This document shows positions 12,036 to 22,424 of a DNA stretch of 64,000 bases, piece after piece. The notes below the pieces were generated by a model, which saw nothing but the letters and a program-made list of their open reading frames with translations, ran no database searches and was not told the origin of the DNA. The stretch is taken from NCBI GenBank assembly GCA_963555995.3, contig OY821641.1, forward strand, positions 2,816,001-2,880,000, given 5' to 3'. The translations under genes and the position numbers were made by a program. Position 1 is the stretch's first letter; each line of letters opens with the position of its first letter. The stretch comes from Vicinamibacteria bacterium. Lineage in GTDB: Bacteria; Acidobacteriota; Vicinamibacteria; Marinacidobacterales; Marinacidobacteraceae.

Positions 12036-12390
12036 GCTCCGACGCGGCCCCCTACCGACCACGGATCACGGCCTGGACGGCGGTGCCCCACGCCGAGGCG
12101 AGAACCACCTTCCCCCGTGCAGTCACGACGGGCGCGGCGCGGAGCGCCGCGCGTGCCGGTCTGGAGACCGGCGTTCCAAGCCGGCGCGGCGCCTCCGCTG
12201 GGGAGCGCGCTCCGACGCGGCACCCTGCGGAACCCTGATCACGGCCTGGACGGCGGTGCTCCATGCCCAATTGAGAGCCATCTTCCCCCGTGGAATCGCG
12301 ACGGGCGCGGCGCGGAGCGCCGCGGGTGCCGGTCTGGAGACCGGCGTTCCAAGCCGGCCCGTCGCCTCCGGTGGTGAGCGCGCTCCGACG
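12036..12390. repeat. Tandem duplication of a ~173-bp unit, each containing a REP-like double hairpin
   Basis: GATCACGGCCTGGACGGCGGTG at 12064 and 12237; REP cores at about 12155 and 12327; a third partial GCTCCGACG near 12382. Confidence 0.85.
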
Positions 12391-12392
12391 CT

Positions 12393-12794
12393 CTAGAGGG
12401 TCTTTACGGTCTCGGGCTGGATGTAGTAGGCGACCCGTACTTCGTCGGGACGGCGCCATTCGTAGCGCTCGGTCCCGATGTACTTCCGGGCGAGGCGGTC
12501 GATTCCGTCCTCGGCGCCGTCCTCGGTGACCTTCACCACCCGGCCCCGGATCATCAGCGCCTTGAACGGGTCGTCGGGGTGGGTCGCCGAGAGGGCCACC
12601 CGCGCGTCGCGCTTGATGTTCTTGTCCTTGACCCGCCCGGCCGCCGAGTTGACCACGATGAGGTCCCCGTCGGTCTCCGCCCAGACCGGGGAGACCTGGG
12701 GACTGCCATCGGCCATCAGCGTGGCCAGGTGGACGTAGCAGCGAGTCGCCAGGAACTCCCGGACCTCGGGAGAGAGGGTGTTGGTTCTAGGCAT
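12393..12794 (-). CDS. PPOX-class (pyridoxamine 5'-phosphate oxidase-like, putative F420-dependent) oxidoreductase
   Basis: LATLMADGSPQVSPVW, GRVKDKNIKRDARVALS and IDRLARKY. Confidence 0.8.
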   Translation of the reverse strand: MPRTNTLSPEVREFLATRCYVHLATLMADGSPQVSPVWAETDGDLIVVNSAAGRVKDKNIKRDARVALSATHPDDPFKALMIRGRVVKVTEDGAEDGIDRLARKYIGTERYEWRRPDEVRVAYYIQPETVKTL

Positions 12795-12812
12795 TCCTGG
12801 TTCTCCGCAGAG

Positions 12813-13889
12813 TCAGTTCGACTCGTTGATCTCGCGCTCGATTTCGGCCACCAACTGCTCGAACGACACCGCGCCGCCGACGTACCGGCCGTTCACGAAC
12901 ACGGCGGGAGTCCCCGTCTGTCCCAGCGCCAGGGCGGCTTCCAGATCGGTCTGCACGCGCTCGTAACTGCTGCCGGAGTTGAGGCACTGCGCGAACTCCT
13001 CCGTGTCCAGGCCGACCAGCCTGGCGTGCTGCTCCAGGCCGTCGAGCGAGATGTTGTCGTCCGCCCACAGCGCGTCGTGGTACTCCCAGAACTTCCCCTG
13101 GTCTTCGGCGCAGACGGACGCTTCGTGCGCCTTCTGGGCCATCGGATGCATGTTGCGCAGCGGGAAGTGCCGGAACACCAGCCGGACCTGGCTGGCGAGG
13201 GCCTCGTCCTCCCGGAGCCGGTTGATCGCCCCGTCGAAACGCCGGCAGAAAGGACACTCGAAGCAGGAGAACACCACGAGTTCCACCGGTGCGCTGTCCG
13301 GGCCGAGCGTGGCGTGACCCGCGGTTTCGATGGCGACCCGATAAGCGGGTACCTTCAGGTCCCATTCGGCTTCGCCCAGCAAGCGGTTCCCCTCGAGTTC
13401 GATGTTCCGCGTCATCTTCTGGTTGGCGATCTGCCGGCGGAGGTCGGTCGCGATGTCCTCGAGCGGCCGCCCGATCTGCTGGCGGTTCTGGTTGTAGACG
13501 TACTGGAGTTCCTCGTCGCTGACTTCCGGTAGGCCGATCTCCTGCGTGTAGTACTGGTTCAGGGTCATGCCCTTTTCGGTGGCCGCGGCGAGCAGCAACT
13601 GCTCGCGGGCAGCCCGCACCGTGCCTTGCTCGAGCAGGTTGTGGGTCTCGGTGTAGTAGTCGCTGCGGAGCTGGGCAAGCTGGGAGATGTCCCGGTCTCC
13701 CAGATCGTCGAGCGTAATCTCCTCGCCGTTCAGGACCCCGAGCACCTCGGAGTCCACGGTGTCGGGGAGCAGCGAGTCGGAGCCTCCGGCCTGACCACCG
13801 GAGCCGGCCACGGCTCCACCGCAGCCCGCGAGGGCAAGCAGAGCGGCGCCGGCAAGACACGGCGCCACCTTGACGAAGAACGTGCGCAT
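12813..13889 (-). CDS. DsbA/thioredoxin-fold lipoprotein
   Basis: Lipobox LAGC, CPFC active site, RHFPL..MHP and GTPAVFVNG (cis-Pro loop). Confidence 0.85.
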   Translation of the reverse strand: MRTFFVKVAPCLAGAALLALAGCGGAVAGSGGQAGGSDSLLPDTVDSEVLGVLNGEEITLDDLGDRDISQLAQLRSDYYTETHNLLEQGTVRAAREQLLLAAATEKGMTLNQYYTQEIGLPEVSDEELQYVYNQNRQQIGRPLEDIATDLRRQIANQKMTRNIELEGNRLLGEAEWDLKVPAYRVAIETAGHATLGPDSAPVELVVFSCFECPFCRRFDGAINRLREDEALASQVRLVFRHFPLRNMHPMAQKAHEASVCAEDQGKFWEYHDALWADDNISLDGLEQHARLVGLDTEEFAQCLNSGSSYERVQTDLEAALALGQTGTPAVFVNGRYVGGAVSFEQLVAEIEREINESN

Positions 13890-13950
13890 CGGGGATACCT
13901 CGTGGTCGGGCGAAGGGGTCGGACGTGCGCCGTGTTGGCGCCGGACCGCT

Positions 13951-14430
13951 CTACTGCGATTCGCCCGAGCGGGTAAGGATACTTCGCCCGGCCGGGCTCT
14001 CCACGAGGAGCGTGTAGGGCCCGTCGTTCAGCAGCGAGACCTCCATCATCGCGCCGAAGCGGCCGGTACTCACCGGAACCCCGAGCTCCCGCAAACGGGC
14101 GCAGAACGCCTCGTAGAGCGCCTCGGCTTCCGGTCCCGGGGCGGCGCGGGTGAAGGACGGGCGCCGCCCCTTGCGGCAGTTCCCGAGCAGGGTGAACTGC
14201 GACACCGCGAGCACTTCCCCGCCGATTTCAAGCACGCTCCGCTCGGGCTGCCCCTCGGGAGCCCGGAACATCCGGAGCCCGGCGATCTTCTTCGCCAGCC
14301 AGGCGGCGTCCTCAGCGGTATCGGTTACGGACACCCCGAGCAGCACCAGCAGCCCCTCGCCGATCTCGGACACGAGTTCGCCGTCCACCGAAACCGAGGC
14401 GCGGGAAACCCGCTGGACGACCGCAATCAT
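13951..14430 (-). CDS. dtd: D-aminoacyl-tRNA deacylase
   Basis: AVVQRVSRASV, SQFTL, GRRPSF and FGAMMEVSLLNDGPYT. Confidence 0.95.
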   Translation of the reverse strand: MIAVVQRVSRASVSVDGELVSEIGEGLLVLLGVSVTDTAEDAAWLAKKIAGLRMFRAPEGQPERSVLEIGGEVLAVSQFTLLGNCRKGRRPSFTRAAPGPEAEALYEAFCARLRELGVPVSTGRFGAMMEVSLLNDGPYTLLVESPAGRSILTRSGESQ

Positions 14431-16169
14431 CCCGGGATGCCACGTGGCGGGCCGTCGCCCGCCCCCGGCGCGATGCCGTAGGCCCGGAGCAGGTCCGAGA
14501 CCGTGACGACCGCCTCGAGTTGATGGACATCCACCCGGCTCACCACGGGCAGGGTGTCCATGCGGATGCGGCCCATGGTGGCGAGGACGTGGTCAATGGG
14601 CTGGTCGGCGTGCGCGTGCGGGAACTTCCGGCCGCGCACCAGGTCGCCGAGGCGCTCCTGGTCCTGCCCCCAGGCGTGGAACCGCTCCAGCTCGGCGAGC
14701 GTGATCAGCCCGGAGATGCGGTTGCCTTCCGCCACCGGCCAAGCGCGCTTGCCACTGAGCGCCACCCGCTCGATGGCGTCCTCGACGGTGAGACCCGGCG
14801 GGAGCAGCTCCCGCGGCGGGCGCATGGCCGCGCGGACCACGGGATGCGGCTCCTCGTTCTCCGTCGAGGGGAGCTGGATCCCGTCCTGGGCCGCCAGCGC
14901 CTCGTAGACGGACACCCGCTGGAGTCGCCGGGAGACGAAAAACGAGGTCAGGTTGGCGATCATCATCGGCACGATGACGGCGTAGCTCTGGGTGATCTCG
15001 AAGATCATGAAGACCGACGCCATCGGCACCCGGAGGATTCCGGCGAAGGCGGCTCCCATACCCACGAGCGCGTAGGGGCCGGGTCCGGACGCGAAATCGA
15101 ACCACTGATCGGCCAGGCTGCCCACCACTCCGCCCAGCATGGCGCCGAGAAAGATGCTGGGGCCGAAGATCCCTCCCGCATTCCCGGAGGCGTAGGCGAA
15201 GACGACCAGCGCCAGGTGGAGGGCCAGCAGGACCGCCATCGTTCCCATGGGCAGTTCCCCGGCGAGCGCCTCGCCGACAGGGCCGTAGCCGACCTCGAAG
15301 AACCCGGGGAGCAGCACCCAGGCGGCGGCCACCGCGAGGCCGCCGAGCGCCGGCTGGAACCAGCGGCTCGACACCGGAAGCCGCCGGAACGCGGCGCGCA
15401 GCCAGAGGAGCGCGCGCACGAAGCCCACCGACATCAGCCCGCCGAGCACGCCGAGCACGGCGTAGATGAGGAGTTCCGCCGGATGGCCGAGTTCGTAGGC
15501 GGGAACCGAGAACAGCGGTTCGTCGCCGAGCGAGAGGCGCAGCACCAGCCAGCTCGCCACGGCGCTCAGGACGACGGACCCCAGCACCCGGGCGTGCAGG
15601 TCGCCGACGATCTCTTCGAGCGAGAACAGGATCGCGGCGATCGGGGTGTTGAACGCGGCCGCGATCGCCGCCGCGGTGCCGACGGGCACCAGTTGCCGGC
15701 GCTGTTCGGTATCGAGTTTCAGCGCCTCGCCCACCGAGGAGGCGATCCCCGCGCCGATCTGGGCGGACGGACCCTCGCGGCCCAGCGGGATGCCGCTCCC
15801 CAGCGTGAGCACCCCGCAGAGGTACTTGCCGAAGGGCACCCGGAACGGGATGCGTCCGTCCTTCGCGACGAGTGCGGCCTTGGTCTGCGGAATGCCGCTG
15901 CCCCGCGCGCCCTCGAACCAGCGGACCATCAGGAAGCCGGCGGCCAGCGCCCCGAGCACCGGCGCCGCGAACCGGGCCGCGCCGAGCGCCGGGCCGTGAA
16001 CCACGATGTCGGCGAGCCACTCGGTCACCACGATGAAGGAAACGATGACGCCGCCGACCAGGGCTCCGATCCCGAGATTCAGGCCGGTGAAGAAGCCCGG
16101 GCGATGGAAGACGTCGCGGGTGGAGAGGATCTCGACGACGCGGGACAGGCGGACGCGCACGCCGCTCAC
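14427..16169 (-). CDS. ClC family Cl-/H+ antiporter with C-terminal CBS domains
   Basis: GSGIP, GREGP, FSLEEI and GGIFGP motifs plus a CBS pair. Confidence 0.9.
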   Translation of the reverse strand: MSGVRVRLSRVVEILSTRDVFHRPGFFTGLNLGIGALVGGVIVSFIVVTEWLADIVVHGPALGAARFAAPVLGALAAGFLMVRWFEGARGSGIPQTKAALVAKDGRIPFRVPFGKYLCGVLTLGSGIPLGREGPSAQIGAGIASSVGEALKLDTEQRRQLVPVGTAAAIAAAFNTPIAAILFSLEEIVGDLHARVLGSVVLSAVASWLVLRLSLGDEPLFSVPAYELGHPAELLIYAVLGVLGGLMSVGFVRALLWLRAAFRRLPVSSRWFQPALGGLAVAAAWVLLPGFFEVGYGPVGEALAGELPMGTMAVLLALHLALVVFAYASGNAGGIFGPSIFLGAMLGGVVGSLADQWFDFASGPGPYALVGMGAAFAGILRVPMASVFMIFEITQSYAVIVPMMIANLTSFFVSRRLQRVSVYEALAAQDGIQLPSTENEEPHPVVRAAMRPPRELLPPGLTVEDAIERVALSGKRAWPVAEGNRISGLITLAELERFHAWGQDQERLGDLVRGRKFPHAHADQPIDHVLATMGRIRMDTLPVVSRVDVHQLEAVVTVSDLLRAYGIAPGAGDGPPRGIPG

Positions 16170-17884
16170 CCTACCGGCCGCTCCGCGCCGCGGCGGGCGA
16201 CGGCGCCCAGCCCGAGGCCCGCCGCCACCGTGACCGCCGTCCCGATCAGGTTGTAGTACAGGTAGGAAACACCCTCGACGCCGAGCGCCCGGGGGACCAG
16301 GTCGGCGGCCCAGACGGCGGCGACGCCGGCGAGCACCGCCGGGAAGGCGCGGCGGGCGCCCCGGTTCGGGAAGACGGCGGCGAGGACGAAGGCCCCCAGG
16401 ATGGGGCCGTAGAAGAAGGAACCCACCCGGTTCACCGCCTCCACCGCGGACCCGAGCCGTCCCATGTACAGCGCGGCCCCGGTAGCGACCGTGCCCCAGA
16501 ACAGGATCCCGATCCGCCCGGCGATCAGGTCATGCCGGTCGGATGTCGGACCGCGAAGGAAGCGGTTCCGGAACCGGCGGTAGAAGTCCACCACGCTGGC
16601 CGTCGAGAGCGCCGACAGTTCCGACTCCACGGTGGACATCGCCGCCGCCAGCACGGCGATGAGGATCAGGCCGACCACCCCGGGGGGGAGCTGCGTGAAC
16701 ACGAAGGTCGGGAACACGTGGTTCGTGTCGCTCCAGGGTTCGCCCTTGACCTCGGCCGCGGTGCGCACCGCCTCGGCGCGGGTCTCCTGAAAGGCCAGAT
16801 CGGCCGCCACGTAGCGCTCCCGGAGCAATGCCTCGGAGGAGCCCCCGTCCGCCTCCGCGTAGTCGAGGGCGGCCGTGCGGCGGTCGGTGAAGGCGGTCTC
16901 GTAGCGCGCCTCCATGGCCGCCATCGCCTCGGGCTGGGCCGCCCGCGTCTCGGCAAGCGTCACCGGGTCGAAGAGCACGGGCGGTCTCTCGAACTGGTAG
17001 AAGACGAAGAGGAGCGCCCCGGTGAGCAGGATCACGAACTGCACCGGCAGCTTGGCGAACGCGTTGAAGATCAGCGAGAGCCGGCTCTCGCGGAGCGAAC
17101 GCCCGGTGAGGTAGCGCTGCACCTGGCTCTGGTCGCAGCCGAAGTAGGAGAGCATCAGGAAGAGCCCGCCGAGGAGCCCCGTCCAGACGGTGTAGGTCTG
17201 GCGCGGGTCGGTGTCGAAGGACAGGGTCTCGAGGCGGCCGGTGGACCCGGCGAGCCGGAGCGCCTCCCCGAGGCCGACCTCGTCGGGCAGCCCCCAGATG
17301 ACCGAACCGAGGCAGAACAGGATGCCGAGCAGGATGATCAGCATCTGCCAGGTCTCGACCCACATCACGGCCCGCATCCCGCCGAGCGCGGTGTAGAAGG
17401 TGGCGAAACCCCCGATCAGCAGGATGGTCATCGTCGCGTCGAGCGAGAAGACCACCGAGAGGACCACCGACGGCGCGTAGATCACCACCGCCCCGGAAAG
17501 CGCCCTTCCGAAGAGGAAGAGCAGGCTGGTGAGGGACCGGGTGTGCGGACCGCAGCGCTGCTCCAGGTACTCGTAGGCGGTGAAGACGCGCGCCCGGTAG
17601 AAGAGCGGCACCAGGGTGACGCACAGGATCACCATGGCGATGGGCAGGCCGAAGTAGATCTGGATGAACCCCATCCCGTCCACGTAGGCCTGGCCGGTCG
17701 TGCCCACCAGCGTGATGGCGCTCGCCTGGGTGGCCATCACCGAGAGGCCCATGGCGTACCAGGGCATGGAGCGGCGCGCCAGGAAGTAGTCCTCGAGGCC
17801 CCGGTTCCCCCGGCCCGTCCAGTAGCCGACGGTGATGATCAGCCCGAAGTAGGCCGCGACCACGATCCAGTCGAGGAACTGCAA
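16166..17884 (-). CDS. Sodium:solute symporter (SSS) family transporter
   Basis: LSVMATQASAIT, AYEYLE, SYFGCDQSQVQRYL and AAAMST; TTG start. Confidence 0.9.
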   Translation of the reverse strand: MQFLDWIVVAAYFGLIITVGYWTGRGNRGLEDYFLARRSMPWYAMGLSVMATQASAITLVGTTGQAYVDGMGFIQIYFGLPIAMVILCVTLVPLFYRARVFTAYEYLEQRCGPHTRSLTSLLFLFGRALSGAVVIYAPSVVLSVVFSLDATMTILLIGGFATFYTALGGMRAVMWVETWQMLIILLGILFCLGSVIWGLPDEVGLGEALRLAGSTGRLETLSFDTDPRQTYTVWTGLLGGLFLMLSYFGCDQSQVQRYLTGRSLRESRLSLIFNAFAKLPVQFVILLTGALLFVFYQFERPPVLFDPVTLAETRAAQPEAMAAMEARYETAFTDRRTAALDYAEADGGSSEALLRERYVAADLAFQETRAEAVRTAAEVKGEPWSDTNHVFPTFVFTQLPPGVVGLILIAVLAAAMSTVESELSALSTASVVDFYRRFRNRFLRGPTSDRHDLIAGRIGILFWGTVATGAALYMGRLGSAVEAVNRVGSFFYGPILGAFVLAAVFPNRGARRAFPAVLAGVAAVWAADLVPRALGVEGVSYLYYNLIGTAVTVAAGLGLGAVARRGAERPVG

Positions 17885-17902
17885 GGCGAGGAGATCCGTC
17901 CC

Positions 17903-18040
17903 TCAGGGCGCGAAGATCCGGGAGAACACGAAGAGGAGGACGTAAACGGAGAACGCGGTCAGGAGCACCGCCGCGTAGAGCCGCCGCCAGGAGCGGAAGA
18001 ACCCGCCTGGGGAGGGGGGCTGATCGGAAGGCGTTTCCAT
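17903..18040 (-). CDS. Small single-TM membrane protein upstream of the SSS transporter
   Basis: 45 aa METPSDQ...FFRSWRRLYAAVLL..., GGAG SD, ends 19 bp before the SSS start. Confidence 0.6.
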   Translation of the reverse strand: METPSDQPPSPGGFFRSWRRLYAAVLLTAFSVYVLLFVFSRIFAP

Positions 18041-18153
18041 CGGTGCTCCGGCGGAGTCCCCGCTAGACTCACTGGTCGAGCCGGGCGCTGACCGGCCCGG
18101 GCGCGGAGATTCTAGGAGGACTGGCTCTCGAATCCCCTGAGGAGAGCGCGGCA

Positions 18154-20906
18154 ATGACGACTTCACGACCGGCGCGGCGGTTCGCGCTTCGACCTCTGAC
18201 GCTTCTGGCGGCAGCGATCGTCGCTGTCGGCGCCGCCACGGCGCCGGCCCAGCTTCGGCCCCTCGCCGAGGACCGGGGCGCCACCGGCCTCGGACTCGCG
18301 CTCCGCAAGATCGGGAGCGGCGTTTCGGTGCTGACCATCGTGGCGCACCCGGACGACGAGAACAACGCCCTGCACGCGCTGCTCAGCCGCGGCCTGGGCG
18401 CCCGGGTCTCGCTGGTGAGCCTGACCCGCGGCGGCGGCGGACAGAACGAGATCGGGCCCGAACTCTTCGACGGGCTGCGCATCCTGCGGACCGAGGAACT
18501 CCTGACCTCCCACCGGCTCGACGCCGTGGAGCAGTACTTCGGCATGGTCTCCGACTTCGGCTACTCCTTCAGCGTCGAGGAGACCCTCGAGAAGTGGGAC
18601 GAGGAGAAGACGCTCGGCGAGGTGGTGCGGATGATCCGGACGTTCCGTCCGGACGTGGTGCTCACCCTGCCTCCCTCCGGGACCGGCGGCGGCCAGCATC
18701 ATCAGGCGACCGGAAGGCTCACCCACGAAGCTTTCGATGCGGCGGGAGATCCGGACCGGTTCCCCGAGCACGCCGGACTCGGCCTGCTTCCCTGGCGTCC
18801 CGTCCGCCTGTTGGTCGGGGGCGTCGGGGGCGGCGCCGCGGCCGCTACGGCGGAGACCGTCCGCATCGAAACGGCCGTCTGGGATCCCCTGCTCGGCCGC
18901 ACCTATGCGGACCTCGGAGCGGAGGCGCGCTCGGCGCACCGCTGCCAGGGGATGGGCCAGGTGCGCGGCGGGCCGACCGGGTTCCCCTCGGTCCTCGCCG
19001 AGACCCGCGGCGCGGAGGACGGGACGCCGCTCGGCGCGGAGGGCGCCGACGGCCTGTTTTCCGGGATTCCGACGGGCCTGGAAAGGCTCGCTGACTTCGT
19101 GTCCGGCAGCCCCGAGGCGACCGCGGAGACCCTGTCCCGGCTAACGGCTCTCCGGGAGGCCGTGGCCGAGGCCGCGGAAGCGTTCTCGGCGGTCGCACCC
19201 GCCGACACGCTCCCGGGTCTCCGGAAGGCGCTGACCGCAGCGCGCGGCCTGCGCCGGGACGCGCTTCCCGACGGGCTGACCCCCGGCAGCCGAACCGAGA
19301 TCGAGCACCGGATGGCGCCGCGGGAAGCCCAGATCCAGGAAGCGACCGCGCTCGCCCACGGCCTCGTGGTGGACGCGGTGGCGGACACCGGAACGGCCGT
19401 TCCGGGCGGCCGGTTCGGCGCCCGGGTCTCCGTTCTCGGGGGACCGGCCGAAGCAACGATCACCGGAATCGGAATCGAGATTCCGGATGGCTGGCAGGTG
19501 CGCCAGACGACCTCGGCGGCGGACGCGACTCCGCGTCCCGGACCACGCCGGCACCCCCTGCCGCCCCCGATCGGCCCCGGCGACCTCCCTCTCGAGACGA
19601 GCGCGAGCCGCCCGCTCCGCGCGGAGTTCGGGGTCTCGGTGGCGGAGAACGCCGCCCTGAGCCGCCAGCCCTGGCTCGACGACCCCGGCGCGGACCGCTT
19701 CGACCCGCTGTCCCCGGAGCTGTTCGGCCTGCCGGCCCGGCCGCCCCAGTCATGGCGCGCGTTTCCTTCGAGTCCGCCGGCGTTCCCGTCGAGATCTCGA
19801 CGCCGGTCGAGTACCGCTACGAGGGGCCCTGGGTGGGAACGGAAAAACAGAAGGAGGTCTCGGTGCTGCCGCTCGCCTCGGTGGCCGTGTCGCCGGAGAT
19901 CGTCGTCTTTCCCCGGGGGCAGAACCCCCGCCGGCTCAGCGTCTCCGTCGTCTATCGCGGGGACGGAGCGGCGGCGTTCCAAGCGGCGCTTCAGGCCCCC
20001 ACGGGGTGGACCGTCACCCCGGAGAGCGTCCCGGTCTCCTTCTCCGGCCCCGGTGAGGCCCGGGTCGAGTTCGAAGTGAGCGCCCCGGCCGCAGCCGCCG
20101 ACGGCAGCTACCGGCTCGCCGCTTCGGCGCGGCCCGCGGCGGGCGGCGACCCCTTCACCGAGACCGTTCAGGAGATCGCCTACCACCACATCGAGACGCG
20201 CTACCTGTTCCGGCCGGCGGAGGCCGCGGCGCGGGTGCTGGACGCCACGGTGGCCCCGGTCCACGTCGGCTACGTCGAGGGGGTCGGGGACGAAGTCGCC
20301 GAGGCCATCGCGCAGCTCGGAGTGCCCCTGACCTTCCTTGACGAAGCGGCGCTCGCCGAAGGGGACCTCTCGCAGTTCGACACCATCGTCCTCGGGGTGC
20401 GCGCCTACCTGGCCCGCCCCGACGCGCGGACCCACAACCAGCGTCTCCTCGACTACGTCGCCGGAGGCGGGACGCTCCTCGTCCAGTACAACAAGTTCGA
20501 GTTCAACGCCGGACCCTGGGGGCCATATCCGATTTCGGTCGGGCGGGGCCGGATCACCGACGAGGACGCCCCGATGCGGGTCCTGATTCCGGATCATCCG
20601 GCCTTCACCGGGCCGAACCGGATCGGGGACGCCGACTGGGCGGGCTGGGTGCAGGAGCGCGGGCTCTATTTCCTGGCCCCGGGCGGGGACCCCGCCTACC
20701 GGGACCTCCTCGCCTCCGAGGACCCCTTCGAATACAACGCCGGAGAGAAGCGCGGCATCCTGGTGGAGGCCCGCCACGGCGAGGGCCGCTGGCTCTACCT
20801 CGGCCTCGGGCTCTGGCGGCAGCTACCGGCCGGCACCCCCGGCGCCTACCGCCTGCTCGCGAACCTCCTCAGTCTCGGCCACCAGCTGGCGGCCACCGAC
20901 CAGTAA
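18154..20906 (+). pseudogene. Secreted PIG-L/LmbE family deacetylase with C-terminal GATase-like domain, split by a 1-bp frameshift near 19744-19748 (real lesion or sequencing error)
   Basis: AHPDDE, LTRGGGGQN and DFGYS motifs in 18154-frame; coding sense continues in the 19752 frame (HVGYVEGVGD, GWVQERGLYF, RQLPAGTPGAYRLLANL). Confidence 0.75.
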
Positions 20907-20979
20907 TAACAACGGGAACGGGCCGGCTCCCCTCGATTCCTCGATTCCGGCCGTCCCCGCCGGCTACCGGGCCCCCCGC

Positions 20980-22419
20980 TCATTGCGACGTGCCGGGAAC
21001 GGCCGCGGAGTGGAGGTCCTCCAGCGAGTGCCACCGGTCGTCGCGCGCCCGCGACGGGGGCTTCTTGCGTACAAAGAAACGGCGGCCGACGCTGGCGCCC
21101 CGGCTGTTGGGATAGTGAGCCAACTTGCCTTCGAGTTCCGACTCCAGCGCGCGCGGCGAGCGCACGGTGCCCCACTTGCACTCCCCCAGGTCCGTCCAGC
21201 CGTCGGCGCGCAGGCCAACGACATCTATCTGCGCTTCCGGACTCCAGAACTCGCCGATCTCGAATCCGGCCGTGACGCCTTCCCGCCGGTAGAGGACGGG
21301 AAGCGCTTCCCGGCAGAGGCGCTCGAAGCCGCCGCCGAACCAGCCGTCGAGATGCGGCGCGATGCGTTCCGCGAACGCGAGCCGCGGGCCAGCGCTGCGG
21401 ATGAGGCTGTGGTTCGGGAACACGAAGCGGAACCAGAACCGGAGCAGGGGGTCGTCCATCGCGAAGCGGACCGCCTTGTGGTTCACGCGCCGGCCGTCGA
21501 GCGGGTAGCCCCGCTCGAGGTAGCCGAGTTCGACGAGCTGCTGGAGGTAGTAGTGGACGTTCCGTTCCGCGAGTTGCGTCGTCCGGACGATCTCCCCGAC
21601 GGTCGAGCGCCCGGAAGCCACCGCGAACAGCACCGCCTGGTACGGAGCCAGCTCGCGCAACTCCTCGCGAAGGAGGAACGTCGGTTCGTGGAACAGGGGG
21701 GCGAACTCGTCCAGCAGATGATCTCGGATATTCTGCGCCACCGAACGCGAATCGTCGAGGCAAAGGAGGTACTGCGGCAGCCCGCCGACCAGAAAGTACG
21801 CCTTGGCGCGGTCCACGAGCGACCAGCGGGGATGGAACAGGGACGCCTCTCGGTAGCCGAAGGGCCGCAACCGGATCTGCGCGGTGCGGCGGCCGAAAAG
21901 GGGACTCCTGCTCCCCAACACCTCCCGTTCCATGAATCCCAGATAGGAACCACACAGGATCAGGACCACATTGCCGGCGGCCTTCCAGTGTCGGTCCCAG
22001 CAGCGCTGGAGATCCGCGACGATGTCCGGACTGGCGCCCGCAGTCCACTGGAACTCGTCGAGCGCGACGACCAGCTTGGTGCCCGGATGGGCCACGCCCC
22101 ATTGCTCGACCACGGTGAGCAGGGCTTCCTCCCAGCCCGAAACGCGCAGGTTGGCGAGCAGCGGCATGCCGAGGGTACGGGCCGACTGGTCAAGGAACTC
22201 GCGGATCTGGAGGCCCGCGGGCGCCTGCCTTCCCAGGAAATAGACGCCCGGACGGTCCGCCATGAAGCGGAGGATGAGTTCACTCTTGCCGACGCGGCGC
22301 CGGCCGTAGATCGGAATGAACTCGGACCGCGAAGACGAGAACGCCTTCGCCAGCCGATCGAGTTCGACCGCGCGGCCGACAAATCCCACCATTCCGCGAG
22401 TATCCATCGGGATCGTCAT
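20980..22419 (-). CDS. Archaeal-type ATPase (ATPase_2-like) with wHTH and DUF234-like PD-(D/E)xK C-terminal domain
   Basis: FVGR, YGRRRVGKS Walker A, LDEFQ Walker B, ILCGS, DPLLRFWFRFV and QIDVV...LGECKW. Confidence 0.82.
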   Translation of the reverse strand: MTIPMDTRGMVGFVGRAVELDRLAKAFSSSRSEFIPIYGRRRVGKSELILRFMADRPGVYFLGRQAPAGLQIREFLDQSARTLGMPLLANLRVSGWEEALLTVVEQWGVAHPGTKLVVALDEFQWTAGASPDIVADLQRCWDRHWKAAGNVVLILCGSYLGFMEREVLGSRSPLFGRRTAQIRLRPFGYREASLFHPRWSLVDRAKAYFLVGGLPQYLLCLDDSRSVAQNIRDHLLDEFAPLFHEPTFLLREELRELAPYQAVLFAVASGRSTVGEIVRTTQLAERNVHYYLQQLVELGYLERGYPLDGRRVNHKAVRFAMDDPLLRFWFRFVFPNHSLIRSAGPRLAFAERIAPHLDGWFGGGFERLCREALPVLYRREGVTAGFEIGEFWSPEAQIDVVGLRADGWTDLGECKWGTVRSPRALESELEGKLAHYPNSRGASVGRRFFVRKKPPSRARDDRWHSLEDLHSAAVPGTSQ

Positions 22420-22424
22420 TTTGT

